Shown here piece by piece: positions 8,923 to 17,278 of a stretch of 64,000 bases of DNA. The notes below the pieces were generated by a model, which was not told the origin of the DNA, did not search any database, and worked only from the letters and a program-made list of their open reading frames with translations. Origin of the DNA: Hungatella effluvii. GTDB taxonomy: Bacteria; Bacillota; Clostridia; Lachnospirales; Lachnospiraceae. The stretch lies in contig NZ_QJKD01000012.1 in the NCBI RefSeq assembly GCF_003201875.1, positions 1-64,000 on the forward strand, written 5' to 3'. A program made the translations under genes and the position numbers. Within the stretch, counting starts at the first letter, position 1. Every line of letters starts with the position of its first letter.

Positions 8923-9928
8923 ACTGTTTTCTGAAATCTATAACTGTTACTTTCTGGTCGTCCGGCGGATTCTGGACGAGGCCGCGGAACACGGGCTGTC
9001 AGAAAGCGACTTAAACCGTATCGCGGATACATACGGCTATGAGGAAAGTGCCCTCGCCATCGTTCCGAAGCTGGTGAGCGGGGAATGGAATTTACTCGTC
9101 AAATCGCCGGAGGGGCCGTCCGGCAAGCCGCTCTTTTTCTCCCGGGTAAAGGCACCGGAGCCGCTGCCGCTGACCGGGCTCCAGCTTTCCTGGCTGAAAG
9201 CAGTCTCCGCTGATCCCAGATTTCGCCTGTTTTTTACTGACGAGGAGTACAGGAAGCTGGATCTTGCATTAAGAAATGTTAAGCCGTTGTTTTATACGGA
9301 GGACTTTTCTTATTTTGACCAGTATTCCGACGGGGACGGGTACGAACTCGATTCATACCGGGAACATTTTCAAGCGATTCTGGAAGGGATCCGAGAGAAC
9401 CGGATCCTGGCCATCGATTACTTTTCGGCAAAAAACCACTTAACTACATTCCGATACCTTCCCTGCCGGCTCGAATACTCTGCCAAGGACGACAAATTCC
9501 GTCTCATGGCAGTCCGGGTTCGGAAGGATGACAGCTTAAGCCGTCTGACTATCCTGAATCTGTCGCGGATCATGCGGATTAAAGACACGGGAAAATCCCT
9601 GGAGATCCGGCCCGATATTGATGCCTGCTTAGAACACTCCCTCTGCCGGGAACCTGTGGTCCTGGAAATATCCAATGAGCGCAATGCGCTGGAACGGACC
9701 ATGCTTCATTTCGCCTGTTACAAGAAACGGACGGAAAAGCTGGGTGACTCCGGTAAGTACCTCTGCCGGATCTATTACAGCAGAGATGTGGAAACGGAGC
9801 TGTTGATACAGATTCTCTCCTTCGGACCGGTGGTAAAGGTGCTGGGGCCGGAAAGCTTTCTGAAACAGGTGAAGGAGCGGGTGGAGAGGCAGCAGCGGCT
9901 GTTTGTGAAAGACTGCAGTAACCCGTAA
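8912..9928 (+). CDS. WYL-domain regulator (WYL plus WCX; C-terminal LSFGPVVKVLGPESF motif), second member of the pair
   Basis: RILAIDYFSAKNHLTTFRYLPCRLEYSAKDDKFRLMAVRVRKDDSLSRLTILNLSRIMRIKDTG fits the WYL strand plus the R-F-R-L-x-R-I block. C-terminal ILSFGPVVKVLGPESFLKQV fits the WCX end. Confidence 0.55.
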   Translation: MESELFSEIYNCYFLVVRRILDEAAEHGLSESDLNRIADTYGYEESALAIVPKLVSGEWNLLVKSPEGPSGKPLFFSRVKAPEPLPLTGLQLSWLKAVSADPRFRLFFTDEEYRKLDLALRNVKPLFYTEDFSYFDQYSDGDGYELDSYREHFQAILEGIRENRILAIDYFSAKNHLTTFRYLPCRLEYSAKDDKFRLMAVRVRKDDSLSRLTILNLSRIMRIKDTGKSLEIRPDIDACLEHSLCREPVVLEISNERNALERTMLHFACYKKRTEKLGDSGKYLCRIYYSRDVETELLIQILSFGPVVKVLGPESFLKQVKERVERQQRLFVKDCSNP

Positions 9929-9976
9929 TGAAATTTTACGCGTTGCGGACAAGATGACCGCACTTACTTTATCTTG

Positions 9977-10033
9977 TCAGGACAGGAAGATCATTTCAGG
10001 ACAGAACGATCGCTTCAGGACAGGAAGATCACT
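9977..10033. repeat. Three tandem 19-bp repeats (tcaggacaggaagatcatt / tcaggacagaacgatcgct / tcaggacaggaagatcact) just downstream of the WYL pair
   Basis: Read directly. Confidence 0.8.
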
Positions 10034-10154
10034 CCCAGCTAAGCGGTCGCAGCCAGCGAAGCTTGTGTTTCGGAAACTTCAACCAGAAACATAATCGAAA
10101 GCTAAATTTAAAAAGGGGCTTGAAAAAAACAAGCCCCCAGTGTATAATTTACTT

Positions 10155-10272
10155 AGAAGTAATCAAAGAGACTGTGATTCGTCTGATGATGTCGCTTCAG
10201 ATATCTAGTGTAATTTTTAGTTACATAGCTATCCTCTATTGCCCTAGAGGATAGCTATTTTCTATTCTGATG
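10155..10272 (+). ncRNA. Candidate antisense antitoxin sRNA, copy 1 (RNA II-like)
   Basis: Near-consensus sigma-A promoter TTGAAA(10120-10125)-17bp-TGTATAAT(10141-10148). Transcript ends at a 12-bp perfect hairpin agctatcctcta/tagaggatagct (10229-10258) followed by ttttctattct. Its 3' ~40 nt are antisense to the end of the toxin ORF. Confidence 0.5.
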
Positions 10273-10338
10273 AAGCTCTATGTAAGTCAGCGCTGCAAAT
10301 ATCACCAGCACTAATGTCAACACTTCAAGTGTATTCAT
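10255..10338 (-). CDS. Type I toxin-like small hydrophobic peptide, 27 aa (MNTLEVLTLVLVIFAALTYIELHQNRK), Fst/PepA1-like architecture
   Basis: RBS AAGGGGG 9 nt upstream of ATG. Single TM helix plus basic tail. Stop codon lies inside the bidirectional terminator hairpin. Own extended -10 promoter TGtATAAT (plus coordinates 10474-10481, minus strand) gives a ~125-nt structured 5' UTR. Minus-strand terminator GGGGCTTG-T7-CAAGCCCC-TTTTT at 10113-10141. Confidence 0.55.
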   Translation of the reverse strand: MNTLEVLTLVLVIFAALTYIELHQNRK

Positions 10339-10727
10339 ATTACATTTCCCCCTTCGCTCATACTCGCGAAAGCAGCAAACCGGATTTTCATAACAGCATT
10401 GCCATCCGGCCGCTGTCCGTGGCATATCCAGCTTCTGAAGGGAATCATCAGGCTATCCTCTGACCTCTATTCAATTATACAGATTTATTTTATCATATCT
10501 CGGAACGCATTACAATAAATAGTTGTGCATAAAACTATTTTATAATGTAACCAAATAAGGGCGCAGGTGGGAAGACAGCTGCTACTGTTTTTCAATCCAC
10601 GCCCGGTGATTTCGCATAATGCGGCTGAATCTTATAGACGTGTGACTTGATTGCATGTCAGCAGAGAATTCTCGTTAGTTTAAAAAAAGGGGCTTGAAAA
10701 AAACAAGCCCCCAGTGTATAATTTACT

Positions 10728-10846
10728 TAGAAGTAATCAAAAAGACAGTCGTTCGTCTGATGATTACGCTTCAGATATCTGGTGAAATTTTTAGTTACAC
10801 AGCTATCCTCTACTGCAATAGAGGATAGCTATTTTCTATTCTGATG
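10728..10846 (+). ncRNA. Candidate antisense antitoxin sRNA, copy 2
   Basis: TTGAAA-17-TGTATAAT promoter (TGTATAAT at 10714-10721); terminator hairpin 10801-10830 plus T-run. Confidence 0.5.
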
Positions 10847-10912
10847 AATCTCTATGTAAGTCAGCGCTGCAAATATCACCAGCACTAATGTCAACACTTC
10901 AAGTGTATTCAT
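10829..10912 (-). CDS. Type I toxin-like peptide, copy 2 (MNTLEVLTLVLVIFAALTYIEIHQNRK; one L-to-I change)
   Basis: Same RBS and frame as copy 1. Upstream extended -10 ttgTATAAAt near 11050 on the minus strand. Confidence 0.55.
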   Translation of the reverse strand: MNTLEVLTLVLVIFAALTYIEIHQNRK

Positions 10913-11170
10913 ATTACATTTCCCCCTTCGCTCATTCTCGCGAAAGCAGCAAACCGGATTTTCATAACAGCATTGCCATCCGGCCGCTGTCCGTGGTATA
11001 TCCAGCTTCTGAGGGGAATCATCAGGCTATCCTCTGACTTCTATGTTAATTTATACAAATTTATTTTATCATATCACGGATCATTTTACAACCATCATGC
11101 GTATTTATAACTCGCATTATATGTCAGGCGATGCCGCCATTCTTCACCGCCTGACACTAGCATAACGTAT

Positions 11171-11234
11171 CATAAGCCCTTGTGCATAGAGTGCCTGATG
11201 CAAATATCAGGCACTCTATGCACAAGGACTTATG
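11171..11234. terminator. Very long perfect hairpin (~27-bp stem: ataagcccttgtgcatagagtgcctgat / atcaggcactctatgcacaaggacttat) 3' of the histidine kinase gene
   Basis: Read directly. Confidence 0.6.
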
Positions 11235-11250
11235 ATACATTATACCAGAT

Positions 11251-12789
11251 CTATCCCTGTTCCCTATAACAATCCAGCGTAAACCAGAACTCCACTCCGC
11301 CTTCCACATTTCTCACTCCACAGGCCTTTCTGTGTGAGTCCATGATCGCCTTCACGATCGACAGCCCGATTCCGCTACCGCCGTATTCCCTCGTATGAGA
11401 CTTATCCACCTTATAGAACTTCGTCCACAGATTGGGGATATCCTCATCCGGGATATTATTTCCTGTGTTAAATACGGTGACGAGAGCTTCCTCCCCGTTG
11501 TCTTCCACAGTGATGACGATCTTTTTCTCGCCGGCCAGATGGTTCAGCGCATTATTCAAATAGTTTGTCACTACCTCTTCGATCTTAAACTCATCCGCGC
11601 ATACGTAAACCGGACCGCAGTCCTCTAAGTGCACCTCCGCTTCCTTCTGCTGAATCAGAATACCTGCGGACGTGATTACTCCGCGGACTAAGTCAGTTAA
11701 GTCAAACCGGTCCATGACCGGGGCGTCGTTGCCAGCCTCCAGCGCTGACAGGGTCAGGAGCTGGCGCACCATCTTATTCATCTTATTGGCCTCATCCATG
11801 ATGACTTCGCAGTAATAATCCCTGCTCTCCGGGTCCTCTGCCATCCCTTCTGTCAAACCTTCCGCGTATCCCTGGATCAGAGCGATCGGCGTCTTCAGCT
11901 CATGGGACACGTTGGCTATGAAATCCTTACGCATCTCATCGACCTTGATCTTTTCCTCAATGTCCTGCTGCAGCTCCGTGTTGGCCGTTCTCAGCTGACC
12001 GATGGTCTCCTTCAGCGTATCGGACAGACGGTTCATGCTGTTCCCCAGCACGCCGATCTCATCCTCCGCCTGGCCTGTGTATTTGGCGTCGAAATCCAGA
12101 TTGGACATCTTCTCCGACAGATTCGCAAGCTGGAGAATCGGGGAGGTGATCTTTTTCGTGGTAAAGTAAATAAACACACTTCCCACAAACAGCGCCGCGA
12201 TTCCCACGTATGCCAGGAAACGGTTGGCCAGATCCACACTCTCCCGGATACTGGCCAGCGGCGTGGACATCAGAAAGATGGTCGCATTATCCGAAAAATA
12301 CCCCCAGCTCTCCAGATAATAAGAATCGGAGCGCTTGTCATACGTCTTCTGGATAAAATAATTGTCGTGGGTCTTTAAAATACTGACCTTGGGCATGTCC
12401 TTGCCAAAGATATACCCCTGAACCCGGCTGGACAAGTAGTCGCGCTCCCCCGTATTGGAGATCAGAACCTGATCGGTGGCGCTGTCCATCAGCACGATGT
12501 TCATATTATATTTTTCACCGAGGACCCGGAACATCTGCTGGACCGGCCCTTCATTTTCACGGTTCGGATCATAGGTGCTCTTAAAATACTCGAATATATC
12601 GGTGCCCTTTTTTTCGGTTTCCGTAACGATCCGGTCGATTCCGTTGTATGCCTTTTCCAGTGTGGCTACCTTGTCCATGGTATAAAAGCTTTCCAGAAAC
12701 CAGTTGTTCACACACCAGGTAGCAATCAGCACGAATGCCATCAGCCCTACGAATACCATGGCAAACCGGGCTTTTATGGAATGTCTCAT
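11251..12789 (-). CDS. Sensor histidine kinase (2 TM, HAMP, HisKA with H-box NVSHELKTP, HATPase_c)
   Basis: H-box and N/G-box motifs; 4-nt overlap with the upstream response regulator. Confidence 0.85.
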   Translation of the reverse strand: MRHSIKARFAMVFVGLMAFVLIATWCVNNWFLESFYTMDKVATLEKAYNGIDRIVTETEKKGTDIFEYFKSTYDPNRENEGPVQQMFRVLGEKYNMNIVLMDSATDQVLISNTGERDYLSSRVQGYIFGKDMPKVSILKTHDNYFIQKTYDKRSDSYYLESWGYFSDNATIFLMSTPLASIRESVDLANRFLAYVGIAALFVGSVFIYFTTKKITSPILQLANLSEKMSNLDFDAKYTGQAEDEIGVLGNSMNRLSDTLKETIGQLRTANTELQQDIEEKIKVDEMRKDFIANVSHELKTPIALIQGYAEGLTEGMAEDPESRDYYCEVIMDEANKMNKMVRQLLTLSALEAGNDAPVMDRFDLTDLVRGVITSAGILIQQKEAEVHLEDCGPVYVCADEFKIEEVVTNYLNNALNHLAGEKKIVITVEDNGEEALVTVFNTGNNIPDEDIPNLWTKFYKVDKSHTREYGGSGIGLSIVKAIMDSHRKACGVRNVEGGVEFWFTLDCYREQG

Positions 12790-13463
12790 TCAGTCACCTC
12801 GAATTTATAGCCCATTCCCCAGATGGTCCTTATATAGTCCCCTTTCTCTCCCATCTTGCTCCGGAGCTTCTTTACATGGGTATCGATCGTCCTCGCATCT
12901 CCGAAGTAATCGTAATTCCACACATTATTAAGAATCTTCTCTCTCGAAAGGGCAATTCCCTGGTTCTCTACAAAATACGTCAGAAGCTCAAATTCCTTAT
13001 AACTCAAATCAATGTTCTGACCGTCGATCGTAACCTGATGCGCCGCCTTATCAATGCGGATTCCTCCGATCTCGATTAAGTCGGAAGAGACGGCGTTGCT
13101 TCTTCGTAAGATCGCTTCCACGCGCGCCACCAGAATCTTCGGGCTGAACGGCTTGGAAATGTATTCGTCCACACCCAGGTTGAAGCCCTGCAGCTCGTCG
13201 CGCTCCTCGCTTCTGGCCGTCAGCATAATGATCGGCACCTGGGAATATTTTCTGATCGTTCTGCATGTCTCCCAGCCATCCATCTTCGGCATCATCACAT
13301 CCAGAATAATCAGTGCAATATCCTTCTGCTCGAAAAACAGATCCACCGCCTCTTCACCGTTGGAAGCCTCGAGCACTGTAAATCCCTTAACACTCAAGAA
13401 ATCCTTTACCAGCTTTCTCATTCTGGCCTCGTCATCTACTACTAATATCTTCAACTGTTCCAT
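12786..13463 (-). CDS. OmpR/PhoB-family response regulator
   Basis: REC domain (ILVVDDE...D..MP) plus winged-helix trans_reg_C. Confidence 0.9.
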   Translation of the reverse strand: MEQLKILVVDDEARMRKLVKDFLSVKGFTVLEASNGEEAVDLFFEQKDIALIILDVMMPKMDGWETCRTIRKYSQVPIIMLTARSEERDELQGFNLGVDEYISKPFSPKILVARVEAILRRSNAVSSDLIEIGGIRIDKAAHQVTIDGQNIDLSYKEFELLTYFVENQGIALSREKILNNVWNYDYFGDARTIDTHVKKLRSKMGEKGDYIRTIWGMGYKFEVTE

Positions 13464-13564
13464 GATAACCTCCTGAACTGTAAGCCATTTTCTGATTATT
13501 ATTGTAACAAAACGGCCGGATAAATTCTACATTTTCACAGAGATTTCACATAAAACAGCGGTAT

Positions 13565-14797
13565 TTACGCCTCTGCGTTCCGTAATGTCCTCTTGGCCGC
13601 GTACGCCAGCATCATGCTGATCACGGTTCCAACCAAAACCACCACCCATGGACTGCCGGAAAACAGTTCAAAGAGTCCGCCGTACATCGCCTGGCCGATG
13701 GGCAGCGCACAGACGCAGATGGTGGATACGAATGCGCCGACTTTCCCCAGCATATGAACCGGCGTGCTCTTCTGAATAAAGGTCTGCGCCGCAATGGTAA
13801 ATAACGCAGCAAAGCCCATTCCGATCATAACAGAAAAAAGAAGAACTGCATAAATCATCTTCCCCGGAGCCTGAAACAGCAGAATCAGAATCACCGGTAT
13901 CAAAAGCAGCGGCGTCCCCAGCAGGAAATAGTGGGAATGCTTAAATGGAATCTTCTTCCCTGCCAAACCGGATACCAGCCCGCCGAGAATCGAGCCCATC
14001 CCCATGGCCGCCTCGGCAAATCCATAGGCCTGTGCAGACATTCCTAAATATATTTTAACCAGATACGGCAGACCTATGATAAAAAGAGCGGATAAGAAGA
14101 GATTGATTCCTGCAACCACGATGAGCAGCTTAAAAAGACAGGTATTTTCCCGGATTAAGTAAATGACGGCTCCCTTTATATCGAGAAGCGCCATACGCAC
14201 CGGTGATCCATCGGCCTCTCTCTTCTCGTGAGGAATGCGCAGAAACAGCTCCATCACCGCCGATAAGAAAAAGCAGACCGCGCTGGCCGCGAGTATGGGC
14301 TTCACGCCCCCAATCCCGTACAGAATTCCGGCCAGAATCGGCCCCAGAAGGCCTGCAAGCGCCTGGACCTGCATCACAATTCCGTTAGCCGCCATCAATT
14401 GCTCCTTAGAAGCCAGAAGCGGGATGCTGGCCTGAACAGACGGCTGGTAAAATGCCTGGATCAGAGTCAGCAGAATCATAAAGATCGTGACAGCGGCCAG
14501 ATTCCCCGCACTCCCATAAACCGCATCATAAAACACAATCAGACCGGCCGTTACAAAATCCAGAATCGTCATGATCTTCTGCTTCGGAAGACGGTCCGCC
14601 AAAACACCGCCGAACGGTGACAGCAGAACCGTAGGAATCATGGATACAGCCAGAATCGTACCAAACACCGCAGCCGATCCCGTAACCTCCAGGACATGCA
14701 GTGACAGTGAAAAACGCAGAATCGCATTGCCGAACAGTGAAATAATCTGTCCCAGAATCATAATTGTAAAGTCTCGTTGAAACAGGCGTGAATTCAT
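13565..14797 (-). CDS. MFS transporter (12-TM efflux-type)
   Basis: Hydrophobicity pattern and MFS motif-A-like GxLaDRxGrk (GGVLADRLPKQK). Confidence 0.75.
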   Translation of the reverse strand: MNSRLFQRDFTIMILGQIISLFGNAILRFSLSLHVLEVTGSAAVFGTILAVSMIPTVLLSPFGGVLADRLPKQKIMTILDFVTAGLIVFYDAVYGSAGNLAAVTIFMILLTLIQAFYQPSVQASIPLLASKEQLMAANGIVMQVQALAGLLGPILAGILYGIGGVKPILAASAVCFFLSAVMELFLRIPHEKREADGSPVRMALLDIKGAVIYLIRENTCLFKLLIVVAGINLFLSALFIIGLPYLVKIYLGMSAQAYGFAEAAMGMGSILGGLVSGLAGKKIPFKHSHYFLLGTPLLLIPVILILLFQAPGKMIYAVLLFSVMIGMGFAALFTIAAQTFIQKSTPVHMLGKVGAFVSTICVCALPIGQAMYGGLFELFSGSPWVVVLVGTVISMMLAYAAKRTLRNAEA

Positions 14798-14865
14798 ATT
14801 TTTGTATTCTCCTTATTTTTAATACCGACGGTTGGTATGTATAATTGTAAAAAAGAAGGGCGGGA

Positions 14866-15543
14866 TTACGCCCACCCTGGCTGTTCTTTTATTACCTCAT
14901 CAAAATAGCAGATGAAAGCTTCTTTTATGCGGTCATCGATAACAGGAAGGCCCATCTTCTCACAGAATTCCTGGTAATAATCGACCTTTACAAGAAAATC
15001 CTCTCTGTTTTCCGCATACATACCCACCCACACATTCATCAGAATCATCATCATCTCAGACAATTCCTTGGGCCGTGTGACATGAATGGAGCCATCCCGG
15101 ATTCCCTCCTCGATCAGATCTGCGATAAACGGCGCAGAATCATGTATGGTAGAATCCAGAATCAGGGTACGGAGCCTCGGATTATCCCTGTTGGTATACG
15201 GCATCAGCTTATCCAGCTCAAATTTTTTCTTATCCGTAAACAGATAATAAAAGATCTCCTTCAGCTTTTCCAGGCCATTTAAGGCTGGGTCCAGCCGAAT
15301 ATCCATAAACCACCCGGCCTCGTCGTAGTAGACATCGGTCAGCCGGTCCATAATCTCTTCCTTTGACTTAAAGTGGTGGTAGACCGCTCCCTTCGACATT
15401 CCCAGTGCACTTACAATATCCTGGATCGTCGTATGCTCATACCCCTTCTCCCGGAACAATGTGCGGGACACATCCAGGATTTTCTGAACGGTCTCCTCCG
15501 GATACTTATTACGCGCCATAATCTCCCCTCCTTTTACATACAT
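14866..15543 (-). CDS. TetR/AcrR-family transcriptional regulator; likely start at MARNKYPEE
   Basis: TetR HTH signature TIQDIVSALGMSKGAVYHHFKSKEEI. Confidence 0.85.
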   Translation of the reverse strand: MYVKGGEIMARNKYPEETVQKILDVSRTLFREKGYEHTTIQDIVSALGMSKGAVYHHFKSKEEIMDRLTDVYYDEAGWFMDIRLDPALNGLEKLKEIFYYLFTDKKKFELDKLMPYTNRDNPRLRTLILDSTIHDSAPFIADLIEEGIRDGSIHVTRPKELSEMMMILMNVWVGMYAENREDFLVKVDYYQEFCEKMGLPVIDDRIKEAFICYFDEVIKEQPGWA

Positions 15544-15627
15544 ACCGTCGGTATGTTTATAATAGCAGAAGCAGATTTAAATGTCAAGTCCAGCTTTCTG
15601 GCAGTATGCCGCTCTCAATCTTCCCAA

Positions 15628-16578
15628 TCACAGTTCACTCCCCACCAGGGGCACCACAGTCCGGTTCGGCCGATGTATCCTCAGCAGCTCCCCCATCTCC
15701 TTCAGGGAAAGATACACGCCATCCGGGACGACCTCCGCCCCCTCCAGATCCTCCCTCTTCGTTTCCCCGGTCAGCACCAGCATTCCCATGGCGCCATTGT
15801 TCACACCGGTGGCCACGTCTGTGTACAGGCGGTCGCCCACGAAGGCGATACGCTCCCTGTCCACGCCTGTTTTCTTCAGGATCATTTCCAAGGTCTCGGG
15901 GAAAGGCTTACCGACGTATCTCGGCTGCTTCCCCGTAGACAGGGCGATGGCCGCGCAGAATGCGCCGCAGTCCGGGATAAAGCCCTCTTCCGTGGGGCAG
16001 TTGATATCCAGATGGGTTGCAAGGAATTCGGCTCCGTTCCTGATATAGGTACACGCCCGCTCCAGCTTTTCGTAGGTCAGAGTCAGATCGAAACCGATCA
16101 CCACCACATCCGGCATTTCCTGCGTCAGATGGATTCCCTCCTCCCGAAAGCTCTCCTCCAGAGCCGGTGTGCCGACCAGATACACGGAGCAGCCCGCATA
16201 GCAGCTCTTTAAGTACTGGATCATTACATCTCCGGAGGTCATAATCTGCTCCCGGCTGATTATACAGTTCATCCCCTTCAGTTTTTCAAGATAGACCTTC
16301 GGCGATTTAGAAGAATTGTTCGTAAAAAACAGGTATCTGCGCCCCGTTTCCTCCACGGTCTTTAAAAAGTCCAGCGCTCCATCCAGAATCCGGTCACCCA
16401 GATAAAAGGTTCCATCCATGTCCAGGACAAATAATTCTGTTTTATTAAGCAATTCAGTTTTATTAAGCAATTCAGTTTTTTCAAGCAGTGCAGTTCTCAG
16501 TTCCTTCAACGACTTATTTCCGCCTTCCCTGTATGTAAAGTAATCTTCCCTATTCCTGCATTGCCTGCTGCCAGGCAC
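15628..16578 (-). CDS. HAD-superfamily subfamily IIA hydrolase (NagD/pNPPase-like). The N-terminal ~45 aa including the LNKTEL x3 repeat may be upstream of the real start
   Basis: FVLDMDGTFY (motif I DxDGT), FFTNNSS (motif II) and VGDRLYTD (motif IV). Confidence 0.7.
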   Translation of the reverse strand: MPGSRQCRNREDYFTYREGGNKSLKELRTALLEKTELLNKTELLNKTELFVLDMDGTFYLGDRILDGALDFLKTVEETGRRYLFFTNNSSKSPKVYLEKLKGMNCIISREQIMTSGDVMIQYLKSCYAGCSVYLVGTPALEESFREEGIHLTQEMPDVVVIGFDLTLTYEKLERACTYIRNGAEFLATHLDINCPTEEGFIPDCGAFCAAIALSTGKQPRYVGKPFPETLEMILKKTGVDRERIAFVGDRLYTDVATGVNNGAMGMLVLTGETKREDLEGAEVVPDGVYLSLKEMGELLRIHRPNRTVVPLVGSEL

Positions 16579-17278
16579 GGCAGATACCCGGAAAATTCGT
16601 AATCGCCCCGCTGCAGTTTAAGTCGCCCAGCCTTTCCAGCAGGGCCATATCATTGATGGTCCAGGCATTGATTTTGATCCCATGGCGGGCGCAGTTCTCC
16701 GCTACCGCGCCGGTCAGCTTGGCTCCGTTGGGATGGTAACACTCAAAGCCGTACTGGCTGCAGTAATATCCAGCGTTGCCCAGTTCGTCGTCCACCAGTA
16801 TTCCGCACGCTATATCCGGTTCCAGCTTCTTAGCTTTTATCAGGGACACGTGGTTGAAGGAAGAGAACATCGCCTTCTCTTCCAGATGATACTTTCTCAA
16901 AAGTTCTATCGTCTTTTCTTCCAGCCCCTCATAATAGTAAATGCTGGTTTTAAACTCGATATTAGTGGTCACAGGCTCATCCTTCACCCAGAGGCAGTAC
17001 TCCTCAAACGTGGGAATCGCCATCCTGTCGTACTTTCCGTCCCAGCATTTGGCCGCGTTAAACTGCTTTAATTCTTCGTATGTATAATCACGGACATAAC
17101 CAGCGCCGTCCGTGGTCCGGTCGATCCGCTCATCGTGAAGGATCACCACCACATCATCCTTTGTCAGCTGGACATCCAGCTCAATCTCATCACATCCGGT
17201 CTCCACCGCCTTCTGAAATGCCAGCATCGTATTCTCGGGATACCTTCCGCTGTATCCCCTGTGTGCAACTACTTTCAT
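16550..17278 (-). CDS. Glycerophosphodiester phosphodiesterase (GDPD/UgpQ family)
   Basis: VAHRGYSGRYPENT ... ELDVQLTKDDVVVILHD signature. Confidence 0.85.
   Translation of the reverse strand: MKVVAHRGYSGRYPENTMLAFQKAVETGCDEIELDVQLTKDDVVVILHDERIDRTTDGAGYVRDYTYEELKQFNAAKCWDGKYDRMAIPTFEEYCLWVKDEPVTTNIEFKTSIYYYEGLEEKTIELLRKYHLEEKAMFSSFNHVSLIKAKKLEPDIACGILVDDELGNAGYYCSQYGFECYHPNGAKLTGAVAENCARHGIKINAWTINDMALLERLGDLNCSGAITNFPGICRAWQQAMQE

Larger units (their letters stand above)
10105..10500. repeat. Copy 1 of a ~395 bp tandemly duplicated segment (~95% identical to 10679-11080). Each copy holds one complete type I TA module
   Basis: Long direct repeat seen by eye, with a few substitutions (e.g. 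agagactgtgattcg vs aaagacagtcgttcg). Confidence 0.85.
10679..11080. repeat. Copy 2 of the ~395 bp duplicated TA-containing segment
   Basis: See copy 1. Confidence 0.85.

Noticed and set aside
10105-11080. CRISPR array
   Set aside because: Only two long (~395 bp) imperfect copies, not short regular repeat-spacer units, and no cas genes.
4307-11250. Calling the 4.3-11.2 kb patch a mobile genomic island
   Set aside because: No integrase, recombinase, transposase or flanking direct repeats. The only att-like feature is the tRNA-like element, which is better explained as a Y-RNA-like structured RNA.
15373-16212. 279-aa plus-strand ORF, and nested ORFs 15581-16048 and 15606-15938
   Set aside because: Antisense to the well-supported HAD hydrolase gene; products are low-complexity and Pro/Arg-rich with no RBS. 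Typical GC-rich antisense artefacts.
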